In this document: positions 1 through 10,183 of the stretch, piece after piece
How positions within the stretch are numbered: position 1 is the first letter of the stretch
Layout: the number at the start of each line of letters is the position of its first letter
Assembly (NCBI GenBank): GCA_051532055.1
Contig: JAOPTX010000092.1
Location: forward strand, 1 to 36,248
Direction of reading: 5' to 3'
DNA length: 36,248 nt
Origin: Fibrobacterales bacterium
Lineage (GTDB): Bacteria; Fibrobacterota; Fibrobacteria; Fibrobacterales; JAOPTW01
Program-made: the position numbers and the translations under genes
Notes under the pieces: generated by a model
The model's input: only the letters and a program-made list of their open reading frames with translations
Told to the model about the DNA's origin: nothing
Database searches by the model: none

Positions 1-1146
1 ATGATTTGAAAGTATTATGGCACGGCGACCACCATAGACATCAGTATTGAGGTTCCAATTTTTTCTACCCATACGTTTTGATAAACAGAGTCTAAAGGTT
101 GAAAAGGAGTTTATTCCAGCACCAGTCCAGTGACGATCTTCGCCAATGTAGTGATGTTCTCCACCTTCAGGAATAACGGTAATCTGAGTATCAGCTTGAC
201 TCATAAACTGGTCTACTGTTCTCTTTCTACCATGTAATACATTACCAGAAATAAGACGTGAATTATCTTTGACACGAACGGCTTTAACGATGTCTTCCAT
301 TTGGATTTGACGATTTACTGTGTAGTAGGCTGGCTTTTCTGCATTGCCTCCTGTTACCGCAATTACTTTGTCGGTAGGAATTTTTCCGCTCTCTGCAAAA
401 GCACCAAAAAGAATGACATTCTCTGCATTCACCGTCCAAACCTGTTCATTCATATTAATTGGATCAATACGATTGATATGAGTGCTGGTAAGACCTGCAG
501 GGTGTGGCCCTTCAAAGGTATGGGTCTCAACACCTTCGGCATTTGCGTAGGCTTCTGCTTTGCATGTTGCAGACTTTGAAAGATGTACTTTTCCATCAGT
601 CAGTTTAGTCATAAGGGCAAGGCCTTTTTTAAACTGAGCTTCACGGCCTTTAGAGATAAAGCAGGGCGATGGTGCAAGAGGACCATTTGACATACAGTTT
701 ACAAAAATTGCTTTTGGTATAACTGTGGGGTCAGCAACTACATCAAATGGGCGCTGTTTGATCATGTGCCACATTCCTGATTCGAGTAATTTACTGATAA
801 TGGTTGCTCTGTCAGCTGTTGCATCAAGTGTACCGAATTCTTCTGCATCTTGTGTACCATCGGTTTCGATAACAATTGCAAGAAGTGCTCTTCTATCTCC
901 GCGAACAATCTCTTTAACTCTACCGGAAGCGGTTGATACTAATCTTAGATCAGTATTTTGCTTATTTGCTACAAGGGGGGTACCGACTTTAACGTAGTCG
1001 TCAACTTTACAGAGTAATTTATATTTGAAATGATAATCTGCTGTCGAAAGCCCGGTGTATTTTCCGAGTGGAATTGTAGAAAGATTCTTCTCGGCAGCAC
1101 CACTAATAGGTAAATTAAGACCTTTAGTAATTTTGAAATGTGCCAA
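1..1146 (-). CDS. nqrA: Na(+)-translocating NADH:quinone reductase subunit A (3' end runs off the window)
   Basis: Not in the ORF track because it is open at the edge. Manual translation from TTG at 1146, with AGGAGA RBS at 1151-1156, gives (M)AHFKITKGLNLPISGAAEK ... TDVYGGRRAII, matching NqrA N-terminal and late motifs. Confidence 0.9.
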   Translation of the reverse strand, partial: MAHFKITKGLNLPISGAAEKNLSTIPLGKYTGLSTADYHFKYKLLCKVDDYVKVGTPLVANKQNTDLRLVSTASGRVKEIVRGDRRALLAIVIETDGTQDAEEFGTLDATADRATIISKLLESGMWHMIKQRPFDVVADPTVIPKAIFVNCMSNGPLAPSPCFISKGREAQFKKGLALMTKLTDGKVHLSKSATCKAEAYANAEGVETHTFEGPHPAGLTSTHINRIDPINMNEQVWTVNAENVILFGAFAESGKIPTDKVIAVTGGNAEKPAYYTVNRQIQMEDIVKAVRVKDNSRLISGNVLHGRKRTVDQFMSQADTQITVIPEGGEHHYIGEDRHWTGAGINSFSTFRLCLSKRMGRKNWNLNTDVYGGRRAIILSNH

Positions 1147-1518
1147 AATATCTCCTGTTTTAGGTTTGGGTAATTGTACTACTTATTTATAAATAATTTT
1201 AGAAAAATTAGCCGTTTTGCGTCCCAAAAGTAGATTAATGAGACCTTTAGGTAAATGGGCTAATGTGCTATATTACAATTCTGGAATTAACTACAAGCTC
1301 AGTTGTTATTAATTCACATAGGTAAGTGTATTTGATCAATTGTTAGAATATAATGTTATATGAATTTAGAGAGGAGGGTGTTTTCTGATTGTGCCTGTGT
1401 AAGAGCATGAATTTGCAGTAATAAGCTCATCTCAGTCTTTTTTTCACAGATAGAGTTATCCTGAAATTCATTTGATTATGATATTGAAAGGGGGTGTAAG
1501 TGACGTATTTGAGGAGTT

Positions 1519-2352
1519 TTAGAGGTTGAAGTCGTAAAATTTATTCATCTCTGTTACAAAATTAACAATGCCTTCGTTGTTGTGCTTTTTGGCTCCAGAT
1601 AGGAGTATTGAAAGCTTAGTTCTTAAGATCTCTAAAGAGTTCTCTTTTTGTTGTTGTTTAAGGTCGAAATTCTGTAACAGGTTGTGAATAGATTTGCAGC
1701 GATAGATATCCATGTTGGGATATTTCGCAGAAAGTTGATCATCATGTCCGCCATATCGAGTCATGAGGTCTTTATCGACAAGCCCTATTTTATGCATTGA
1801 ACTTATTTTAATCCAGAGGTCATAATCTTCACAGGTTGGAAGTGCTTCATTAAAGCCACAAAACTCATCAAAGAGTTTTCTATGCATCATTACAGATGAA
1901 GGAGAAATCATACAGTTACTGAGGCTAATGCTAAATATATCACCTTCTTGTTTGCGCAGATGTTTGGGTTGATTAACCCGTGTGCCATTCCTTATCCAAA
2001 TCTCTTTGGTTTGAGAAATAGTGAAGTGATTGGTGACGGTATATTCCAGCTGCTCTTTGAGTTTGTGGGGTTTCCATTCATCATCAGAATCTAAAAAAGT
2101 AATCCACTTGCCTTTTGAGTGTTTGACCCCTTCATTACGTGCATGACTCACCCCGTTGTTTGGAGTGCTTATCGCCTTTATTCTATTGTCAGAGAGGTAA
2201 GGGAAGAGCATGTCCATTGTCTCATCGGTTGAACCATCGTCAACGATAATCAGTTCGATGTCTTTAAAGCTTTGTGCACGAACTGAATCAATTGCGCGTC
2301 TTAAACTCCATGCCCGATTAAAGGTTGGTATGATGACACTTATCTCGGCCAT
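1519..2352 (-). CDS. Glycosyltransferase family 2
   Basis: ISVIIPTFNR, IIVDDGSTD, ARNEG, FLDSDD and EDYDLW GT-A motifs; start overlaps the murB stop by 13 bp. Confidence 0.9.
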   Translation of the reverse strand: MAEISVIIPTFNRAWSLRRAIDSVRAQSFKDIELIIVDDGSTDETMDMLFPYLSDNRIKAISTPNNGVSHARNEGVKHSKGKWITFLDSDDEWKPHKLKEQLEYTVTNHFTISQTKEIWIRNGTRVNQPKHLRKQEGDIFSISLSNCMISPSSVMMHRKLFDEFCGFNEALPTCEDYDLWIKISSMHKIGLVDKDLMTRYGGHDDQLSAKYPNMDIYRCKSIHNLLQNFDLKQQQKENSLEILRTKLSILLSGAKKHNNEGIVNFVTEMNKFYDFNL

Positions 2353-3233
2353 GGTAAAAAGTCACCAATAAAAATTTGCTCTTTTTCGAGAGTGACTCCA
2401 CTATTTGCAGCAACTTTGGCAATGACAGATTCACTGAGGTCGTAAATATCTTGACCAGAGCCTTGGCCATTGTGCACTACAAAATTAGCATGCTTGTCAG
2501 ATATCTGGGCGTTGCCAAGTGTATAGCCTTTGAGGCCGGCTGCTTCGATAAGCCGACCAGCGTAATCGCCTTGAGGTCTTTTAAACATTGATCCAGCGTT
2601 GGGTAAATGAAGGGGCTGTTTGTCGAGTCTTTTGTCGAGAGTCTCATCCATTGTAAGTTTGAGGGCCTCGGCGTCACCGTCGTTTAGGCTGAAGGATGCC
2701 ATGAGGATTATTTCATTATTAGAACAAAATATACTCGTACGATATCCAAAAGCGCATTCACTATGAGTACGTTCAATGACTTCACCGTTTGGTGTTATTG
2801 AGGTAACTGAAGATACAGTGTCTTTTATCTCCATCCCAAAAGCGCCTGCGTTGATATAGACGCCACCACCAATGGTGCCAGGGATTCCCATGAGATATTC
2901 CATTCCGGCATACCCTTGGTCAGTTCCTGTTTTTACTACTCTGCCTAGTGATGCCCCTGCAAGTGCAGTGACTACATTGTCTTTAATGTCAATTTTCCCA
3001 AATTTTCTATTGAAGCTAATAATAAGGCCATCAAAGCCAGAGTCCGAAACCACAATATTGCTTCCGTGGCCCAGTACAAAATAGGGGAGTTCTTTTTGGG
3101 AACACCAATTAAGTAGTTCAGCAATGTCATCTATAGATTCAGGCTCAGCAAAGTAGCGAGCGGGACCGCCAATACGGTAAGTTGTATAGCGGTCGAGCGG
3201 GATATTTTCGTGTATTATGCAATTCATGGGCAT
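2340..3233 (-). CDS. murB: UDP-N-acetylenolpyruvoylglucosamine reductase
   Basis: TTYRIGGPA, LGHGSN, GIPGTIGG, NAGAFG, FGYRTS, NAGSMFKRP, SDKHANF. True start is probably ATG 3233 or 3227 rather than 3284. Confidence 0.95.
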   Translation of the reverse strand: MPMNCIIHENIPLDRYTTYRIGGPARYFAEPESIDDIAELLNWCSQKELPYFVLGHGSNIVVSDSGFDGLIISFNRKFGKIDIKDNVVTALAGASLGRVVKTGTDQGYAGMEYLMGIPGTIGGGVYINAGAFGMEIKDTVSSVTSITPNGEVIERTHSECAFGYRTSIFCSNNEIILMASFSLNDGDAEALKLTMDETLDKRLDKQPLHLPNAGSMFKRPQGDYAGRLIEAAGLKGYTLGNAQISDKHANFVVHNGQGSGQDIYDLSESVIAKVAANSGVTLEKEQIFIGDFLPWPR

Positions 3234-3323
3234 AATGTAGATAAACGTGTGATATTGAGCAATAAAATGGGTAAAGAACTGCAAGATTTACCCATTGTAA
3301 GCTCTAGAGTGGTTAGGGGTGTA

Positions 3324-4043
3324 TTATTTGGTAATTACTGGAGTTGAAATACGGCTTGTAAAAGTGGAATAAAAGTATCCTCCTCTAAATGCATCATTTA
3401 CAGATATCCATTTTTTTGAGGTGTACTCAATATCAAAAGAAGAAAGAGTAGATCCTGAATCTGATGGATTAAAAAAAGAGTTATCAAAGAGTGTATCTTT
3501 GAGGGCTAAGCTATGTGCACTGAGGTGTGTTTTATTTGTAGCATCAATATTAGTTGAATTATAGTGTCGAGTAAGTATACTCGTGTGGTTGACTCCTGTG
3601 CCTTTAGTGAGAGGGGCAAGCCCAATAGTTATGAAACTACTTGAATCTGTTGTGAGTTTGATAGTATTGTGATTAAAAGGTTGTGTGACGAGGCTTGTAT
3701 TGTATGGTGTTCCATCTGAAAGAGTGATTGTTAATAGGTGAGTTGTGTTGGGTAGTGTGGTCATTGGTGTGTGATAGAAGGGGAGGTTGTTTTTATAAGT
3801 GAGCTTTAAAGGGAGTGAGTTTAGTGTGATTGTCCCCCCGAGTAGGCTGAGATGGTCACCATAGGAGTCGACTAGTGAGACGCTAACATATTGGCTGTCT
3901 GGGGTATGAAATATATCTGCAGTTACTGAAAAAAGTTCTGGATTAGTGAGTTCTGTGTCGCTGAGTGTTGATTGGTGGGGAAGGTCAATCGCGCAACCGA
4001 TAAGAGTAAGAAGGACTATTGAGGTAAGGTATATTGTTCGCAT
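3324..4043 (-). CDS. Hypothetical lipoprotein, Ser/Thr-rich
   Basis: Signal peptide with lipobox LIGC and an AGGAG/GGAG-like RBS; no recognisable domain. Confidence 0.7.
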   Translation of the reverse strand: MRTIYLTSIVLLTLIGCAIDLPHQSTLSDTELTNPELFSVTADIFHTPDSQYVSVSLVDSYGDHLSLLGGTITLNSLPLKLTYKNNLPFYHTPMTTLPNTTHLLTITLSDGTPYNTSLVTQPFNHNTIKLTTDSSSFITIGLAPLTKGTGVNHTSILTRHYNSTNIDATNKTHLSAHSLALKDTLFDNSFFNPSDSGSTLSSFDIEYTSKKWISVNDAFRGGYFYSTFTSRISTPVITK

Positions 4044-4170
4044 AAGGAGGCTCCAAAATGAATGTTTAGCAAATGTACAAATTGAATAAAGAGAATTAAA
4101 ATGCTATTAGGTTGAATGTGATCTAGATCACAAGGCGTCAATAGCCTAGAATATTTATATTTAAAGCACT

Positions 4171-5217
4171 ATGAAGAAATGGACTAAAGATGAAATAGCT
4201 CACCTTAAAGACCTCAATCCAATTGAGGTGATTGCGGCGGAGCTTGGTGTCGCTGTTGTGCGGGGACGTGCACGCTGTATATTTCCTGAGAATCATGCAC
4301 ATGGAGATAGAACTCCTTCCATGTCGATTGGTAAGGGGAGTTATAAATGTTGGGTGTGCGATTCCGTTTGGGGTGATGTTATTAATTTTGTAATGCAAGT
4401 ACAGGGGAGTTCTTTTGCTCAGGCTCTTGTGTGGCTTGCGAGTCGAACACCGGGGCATTTTTTAGATATGAGTTCCGAAAGCCCTATTGGTGTGGGAATT
4501 CAAGGCGTTGTTTCTTCGAAGCCTGTAGCATTAAAAAGAAAGGTTCACTTTAGTCTTGATCTTGAGTATCGGAGTCAAATGATTCTCAGCTTTTTAAAGC
4601 TTTGTAAGCCTGTTGATGGAGTAGTACTCAAGTATTTGGTCTCACGCAAAATATTTAAAAAATTTGCTGATGCACAAAAAGTTCGGATGATTGAAAATTA
4701 TGATCAGGTAAATAAGGCTTTTAAAGAGCTTTATCCGATCGAAGACTTGAAAGAGTATGGATTTTATAGTGAAACGTCTCATCTGAGGTTCTATAAGCAT
4801 CCTCTTATTTTCCCCTATCTCAATAGAAAGGGGAGGCCAGTCTACTTTCAGGCGCGCTCAATTGAGGCGGGAATACAGCCAAAAGAGTTGAATATTAAGG
4901 GGCCTATTTCAATACCTTACAATGCTCAGCTCCTTAATGAAAAGCCTGGTATTGTCTTTCTATGTGAAGGTGTTATTGATGCACTCACAATGATTACTAA
5001 AAATTTTCCAACTATTGGTGTACCTGGAGTGAGTAGTTTTAAGTCTGAGTGGTTTGTTCTTTTTAAAAATAAGAATGTTTTTATCGCATTTGATGCTGAT
5101 AGTGCAGGAAAGAATGCGGCAGAAAGGCTCCATGCCCAATTTTCGGAATGTGGAATCGCTTCAAGTATCATTTCACTTCCTGAAGGTGAGGATATTAATC
5201 AGTGGTTTAGTACGTGA
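4171..5217 (+). CDS. DnaG-like primase (CHC2 zinc finger + TOPRIM), short form
   Basis: C-x5-H...C-x2-C zinc finger (CIFPENH...DRTPS...KCWVC..GDVINFV); TOPRIM motifs LCEGVIDAL, FDADSAG, LPEGEDIN. Confidence 0.85.
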   Translation: MKKWTKDEIAHLKDLNPIEVIAAELGVAVVRGRARCIFPENHAHGDRTPSMSIGKGSYKCWVCDSVWGDVINFVMQVQGSSFAQALVWLASRTPGHFLDMSSESPIGVGIQGVVSSKPVALKRKVHFSLDLEYRSQMILSFLKLCKPVDGVVLKYLVSRKIFKKFADAQKVRMIENYDQVNKAFKELYPIEDLKEYGFYSETSHLRFYKHPLIFPYLNRKGRPVYFQARSIEAGIQPKELNIKGPISIPYNAQLLNEKPGIVFLCEGVIDALTMITKNFPTIGVPGVSSFKSEWFVLFKNKNVFIAFDADSAGKNAAERLHAQFSECGIASSIISLPEGEDINQWFST

Positions 5218-5380
5218 TGGTGTAATATGTTGACCACTTTTATTGGGTTTTAGTTTCTTTTTTAGATGATTTATGTGCGATGCGTCACAATACTCGCCTG
5301 GGGGTGTAAAATAATTATACATCTCCAGATCTGATTATATATTAAGTATACAGAGTTTTATAAGTAGGAAGAGGTGCATT

Positions 5381-5764
5381 GTGCGCAACTTTTTAGCATC
5401 AATGGCAATGGTATCGGGAACAGTGGTGATTGTTACCACGTTCAATAATGGAGTAAGTACTACTTCCGTTGCTGGTGGCTCTATGCGTTCATCTGTAAAT
5501 GAACAAAGCATTGTTGTTAATACTACTCCACAACAATCACCTACTTCTGATGTTGTAAGGGCAAAGCCTAGAGTTCATACCCGGGTGTTTAATATTTCAA
5601 AGCATCAAATCCACAATACATTTAAAGAGGATGAAGTAATATCTTTTAAAAATGTTAATGGTGGTTCTCGGGATATAACAAAGGCTCAAATTGATAACCT
5701 GGCTTCTGGGGTGTATTTGATTCGAACAGAATCAAAAATATATCGATATTTAAAAAGAAACTAA
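5381..5764 (+). CDS. Small secreted protein with T9SS type-A-like C-terminal domain
   Basis: GAGG RBS, hydrophobic N-terminus, C-terminus NVNG...IDNLASGVYLIRTESKIYRYLK resembling the LxxGxYxv motif of T9SS CTDs. Confidence 0.55.
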   Translation: MRNFLASMAMVSGTVVIVTTFNNGVSTTSVAGGSMRSSVNEQSIVVNTTPQQSPTSDVVRAKPRVHTRVFNISKHQIHNTFKEDEVISFKNVNGGSRDITKAQIDNLASGVYLIRTESKIYRYLKRN

Positions 5765-5856
5765 TACCGTAATTCTTCTCTTGTACATCGTTGTTTGGAG
5801 TGTCATAGGTTTTCCTATGGGTGATCTTGGTTTGTCACTTATTTATGGCTATAAAG

Positions 5857-5883
5857 AAAGGCCCGTTGGGGAACGGGCCTTTT
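5857..5883. terminator. Intrinsic (probably bidirectional) terminator
   Basis: aaaggcccgtt-gggg-aacgggccttt hairpin between convergent genes. Confidence 0.7.
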
Positions 5884-5946
5884 GGGGGAAAGTGGTTGTA
5901 ACACACATACACACACAACCACTTAAGGGGGGTTCACAAATGTTTT

Positions 5947-6513
5947 TTAGACAGTCTCCTTGTCAAAAAACAGTTTCAACTGCTTGCGAGCAGTAAATAG
6001 TCTCGATTTAACGGTACCTTCAGGAATGTTGAGCATGCTACCGATCTCTGCGTGGTTGAGGCCTTGGTAGATGTCGAGTTCAATGGGTACTCTCAATTTT
6101 TCATTCAATGTGTCAAGGGCTTGACTAATCAGAGATTTTAATTCAAACTCTGTATCATGGCGTTTGGCACTTGATTCAATTTCATAAGGAAGCTCGTCAA
6201 ATGTTTTAGTAGCCTTTGCTGATGGGCGTTTGGCTGCCTGTAGGTGTCTCCAGCGAGATGTACAGGTGTTGGTAACAATTCTATGAAACCAAGTCTTAAA
6301 TGATGAGTTTCCTTTAAAGTTCTTTAACGAACAGTAAGTCTGAAAGAATACTTCTTGGAGGAGGTCTTCATGCTCGCCTTCTGTTCCGGTTATTTTCCAG
6401 ATCAAATTATTAGCGTATGACTCGTAATGGTAGAAGATCACCTTAAAGGCTTTCTTGTTGCCATTCTTGCTAGCATGTATGACCTTTGGGTCTATGTCGG
6501 CGAGTCTTTCCAT
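5947..6513 (-). CDS. ECF sigma-70 factor (RpoE/SigW-like), no adjacent anti-sigma
   Basis: Region 2 EDLLQEVF...FKGNSSFKTWFHRI; region 4 EIGSMLNIPEGTVKSRLFTAR. Confidence 0.92.
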   Translation of the reverse strand: MERLADIDPKVIHASKNGNKKAFKVIFYHYESYANNLIWKITGTEGEHEDLLQEVFFQTYCSLKNFKGNSSFKTWFHRIVTNTCTSRWRHLQAAKRPSAKATKTFDELPYEIESSAKRHDTEFELKSLISQALDTLNEKLRVPIELDIYQGLNHAEIGSMLNIPEGTVKSRLFTARKQLKLFFDKETV

Positions 6514-7163
6514 TGTTCCTATTCCGTGAAGTCTCTTGTAGACTTTTAATATCCATAATATAACTACAAAATGTTACTTGGCAAAGCGAAAAGTGAATAA
6601 AAAGTGCAAAATAAAAGTTTACAATATGGGGTTCTGTATGATTTGCGTCATAAGTCATTGATATTAAGTAATATATAGGGTGTCAGTGTCTGTCGACTGT
6701 ATGGGTTTTTAAATTGTTAATTTAGTGTCAGTATTTTTTATGTCGACAAATGTAGACAAAATAAGTGATAAAAATTGGTTTTGGGGTTGTGATTTTATAA
6801 ATGAATATTCGATAATTGCTTTTAAAATGAAGTATTCAAATTCATTCACACTTAGTTTAATTTCGGGAGTCTATCGAGGAGATGTATTAGAGGGCTTATA
6901 GACTTTATTGAGAGGGGGCGCTTATGGGTGATACAATACTAAAACAATGGGAGCTTTATGTGTGACTCGGTTTAATAGCTTATACAAGGAGAGCTATGGT
7001 TCCTTGATGCACAACGGGTAGGCTGTGTATATTGTTTTAAGAGAGTTAGAAAGGAGGCTGATGACATCTAATGTGCGTGAGATGCAGTGGAAACTCTACC
7101 ATAGGCCGCGTAAACGAGTACGGTAGAGGACTTTAAGTTGTTCTTAAATGAATGAGTTATACA

Positions 7164-8258
7164 TTATACGTTAAACAGAAAGTGCATGATATCGCCATCT
7201 TGCACAACGTATTCTTTGCCTTCTACGCGTAAATCGCCTTTATCTTTTGCTGCGTTCCACGTTCCGTGTTTGAGAAAGTCACTATAAGAGAGGGTCTCTG
7301 CTCTGATAAAGCCGCGCTCAAAATCCGTATGGATCACGCCTGCACAGGCAGGGGCCTTGTCACCATCGTGATAGGTCCATGCGCGGATCTCTTTTTCGCC
7401 GGCGGTAAAGTATGTTTTAAGGCCGAGGAGTGCGAATCCTTTATGGATTACTTGATCGAGCCCAGACTCATCAAGTCCGAGGTCTGATAGGAATTCTTTT
7501 TTGTCATCAGGTTCCATCATAGCGAGTTCTGATTCGATTTTACCACAGATAGCCACTACTTCAGAGTCTTGCTTTTTAGCATATTCTTTTAGGAGTGTCA
7601 CGTATTTATTGTCGGCGCCAATGTCATCTTCGAGAATGTTTGCACAGTAAAAGAGTGGTTTTGAGGTAAGAAGTGAAACGGTGTTCATTGCCTCTTCTTC
7701 ATCTTCGGTGAGTTCAACGGTTTTGGCAAGGCGCCCATCTTCGAGAGCCGGTTGGATTTTTTCAAGTGCAGAGACGACTGCTTTTGCTGTTTTATCACCG
7801 CCACGAGCAAGCTTGCCTTCTTTTACAATACGTTTTTCAATTGATTCAAGGTCTTTAAGAATGAGCTCAGTTTCGATAACTTCTGCATCGCGTATTGGGT
7901 CTACTGATCCATCGACATGAACCACGTCAGGATCTTCAAAGCAGCGAACCACATGGAGGAGCGCGTCACATTCGCGGATATTAGTCAAAAATTGGTTACC
8001 AAGACCCTCACCTTTGGAGGCGCCTTTTACAATTCCAGCAATATCAACAAACTCCATTACCGCAGGAATGATTTTCTGGGTATTGTAGGCTTCATTGAGA
8101 ACATCCATACGAGTGTCAGGAATCTGAACAATACCAATATTTGGGTCAATGGTACAGAATGGGTAGTTTTCGGCAGGAGCCTCATTACTGGTGAGTGCAT
8201 TAAAAATTGTTGATTTGCCCACGTTAGGGAGCCCTACAAAGCCACATTTGAAACCCAT
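7164..8258 (-). CDS. ychF: Ribosome-binding ATPase YchF
   Basis: [45 protein letters not shown] domain ending [19 protein letters not shown]. Confidence 0.98.
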   Translation of the reverse strand: MGFKCGFVGLPNVGKSTIFNALTSNEAPAENYPFCTIDPNIGIVQIPDTRMDVLNEAYNTQKIIPAVMEFVDIAGIVKGASKGEGLGNQFLTNIRECDALLHVVRCFEDPDVVHVDGSVDPIRDAEVIETELILKDLESIEKRIVKEGKLARGGDKTAKAVVSALEKIQPALEDGRLAKTVELTEDEEEAMNTVSLLTSKPLFYCANILEDDIGADNKYVTLLKEYAKKQDSEVVAICGKIESELAMMEPDDKKEFLSDLGLDESGLDQVIHKGFALLGLKTYFTAGEKEIRAWTYHDGDKAPACAGVIHTDFERGFIRAETLSYSDFLKHGTWNAAKDKGDLRVEGKEYVVQDGDIMHFLFNV

Positions 8259-8532
8259 GATATACCTCTTTTAAAGTCGCACCAATTATAGCAAAAATTT
8301 ACCTATTCAGTAGGTCCATGGCTTCTACTTCACTGTAAAAGCCGTATAAGCGTATTATTTGAGCTTTAGATGCTTGTAAACAGTTTTGCAACAATTTAGG
8401 GAGCATTTCTTTGTTATGGGGGCATATGACTTTTATTGAGGAGAAAAAAATATATACTAAGGGGTGGGGCGATTTAGTGCAGTGAGTGCATTGGATTCAA
8501 TTTTCGGTAATAAACTAATGGGGAACCATACA

Positions 8533-10173
8533 ATGAATGTACGAATACACATACTTTTGATCTTATTTACACTTCTTGTTTTAGGCTGTTCAAATAATGC
8601 GGGACCGGATGATGAGTCTTCATCAGAGAACATCTCTTCTTCTGAGGTACTTTCATTATCTGGTGGGGGGACTGGTGATGTTGACAGTGAGGCAGGGGCT
8701 TCTAGTGAAACAGATACTGTTGCTGGTGAGTCAAGTGCTTCTACAGGGGGAGAATCCTCTGAGATAGCAAGTGGTGAGTCGTCAGGCAGTACTGAAGGGA
8801 GCTCTGGGGGGAGTAGTATTGAAGGTGCTGGTGAGAGCAGTGTTGTGGGTGTGAGTAGTAGCGAGGGGCCGAAAGAGGAATTAGTTGAGCCTGCAGATTT
8901 TGATGATGCCGTTGTACAAGGTTATTTGAAGGATGATAAGTTGCCATTACTGTTTGCGAATAACTCTCGGTATAGTGACGATGAGATATTTATTGCAATT
9001 GTCGCAGATAATGCACCAGGGCTCCATAGTGCCCCCGTTTGGTATGATATTGCTCATCAAACAGTTCGGTTGATAAGTGCTTCTGATAATACTGTTGAAT
9101 CGCCCGTTGAGACTGATAGCTGGAAATACCCAGAGATTTTCACAAAGCTAAGTGATATACCTGATAACACTATAGCGATGCCGCGTTTAACAAGTGCAAA
9201 GATGTTTATTTCTTTTAAAAAAATGATGTACATACATTTCCACGATGCCGGTGGTTATGCCGGACCGAGTCATAGCAATCTTTCTGATCCTAATCATGGC
9301 ATACGGTATGAGACTATTGAATTTAATACATCAGGGTACATTGGTTCCACAAAAACAGCGTATGATCAAGAGGATGGCGTTACTTATAACGGGGTGTGGA
9401 TAAATACCAGTCGAGTAGATGCATATCAATATCCTATGGGTGTGGAAGTGTTTGGTACTGATGTAGGTGGTGTTGGGAATGATTATAAAAAAGTTGGTGA
9501 GCTTTTAGAGCATGATGAAATTCTTAATCGTTGGAATAACACCGTTTCGGATCCTTTCAAGGAATGCTATAACGAGCATAAACTTCCTGCAGGTGATGGT
9601 ATTATTTATCAGCCTTCTAAAATACCAGAATTTGGAGTTGCTGGGGAATATAAAAATTACTTTGACCCATATATTGATGAAGTTTGGACTGCATTTAGAT
9701 CTAAAAAAGTTCGATTCTCTATGTTTGATGAAGGCCTTTGGGAGGGCTGGGTCGAAGGTGATGTATTTATGGCAAAACAAATTGAAAAGAAAAATGGTCA
9801 ACCAGGTGATGCAAGTGGAAGTATAGCAAGTAAGCCCTCGACCACTGATGTGATTGAGGGGGCGGGTGTTATGGCTGCAGGTGGTATGTATGATAAAAAT
9901 GTTCAAAAATTTGTTTGTGCTTCACTCAATAGAGGAATTGTGAATCCAGATGCTCCCGACGGTGAGTTTCAGGATTGGGAAGCAGCTGACGAGTTTTTTA
10001 AGCGTGATATATATAATGAGTATGTTGGCTTTTTTCATAATCCAGAAATCAGTTATAATTCAGAGACCTATGCCTTTGCCTATGATGATGTGTATGACCT
10101 TTCATCAACGATACAAGCAACATTTCCAGATAAAATCCGTGTTACCATTGGGGGCTTTGTCGGCATTAAGTAA
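8533..10173 (+). CDS. Beta-1,3-glucanase GH64-family lipoprotein with Ser/Glu/Gly-rich linker
   Basis: Lipobox VLGC after MNVRIH (start 8533); GH64-like motifs YETIEF, WINTSRVDAYQYPM, CASLNRG, YAFAYDDV. Confidence 0.82.
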   Translation: MNVRIHILLILFTLLVLGCSNNAGPDDESSSENISSSEVLSLSGGGTGDVDSEAGASSETDTVAGESSASTGGESSEIASGESSGSTEGSSGGSSIEGAGESSVVGVSSSEGPKEELVEPADFDDAVVQGYLKDDKLPLLFANNSRYSDDEIFIAIVADNAPGLHSAPVWYDIAHQTVRLISASDNTVESPVETDSWKYPEIFTKLSDIPDNTIAMPRLTSAKMFISFKKMMYIHFHDAGGYAGPSHSNLSDPNHGIRYETIEFNTSGYIGSTKTAYDQEDGVTYNGVWINTSRVDAYQYPMGVEVFGTDVGGVGNDYKKVGELLEHDEILNRWNNTVSDPFKECYNEHKLPAGDGIIYQPSKIPEFGVAGEYKNYFDPYIDEVWTAFRSKKVRFSMFDEGLWEGWVEGDVFMAKQIEKKNGQPGDASGSIASKPSTTDVIEGAGVMAAGGMYDKNVQKFVCASLNRGIVNPDAPDGEFQDWEAADEFFKRDIYNEYVGFFHNPEISYNSETYAFAYDDVYDLSSTIQATFPDKIRVTIGGFVGIK

Positions 10174-10183
10174 ATTAAGATGT

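Noticed and set aside
301..997. Plus-strand ORFs 301-579 and 725-997
   Set aside because: Antisense shadows of nqrA. Most other short nested ORFs in the track are likewise shadows of real genes.
1398..3330. Other TGTAAG hits (near 1398, 1495, 3296)
   Set aside because: They lack TACTAA at the 17-nt spacing and do not point into gene starts.
4171..6513. Prophage or ICE around the primase
   Set aside because: No integrase, att repeats, tRNA or phage structural genes seen.
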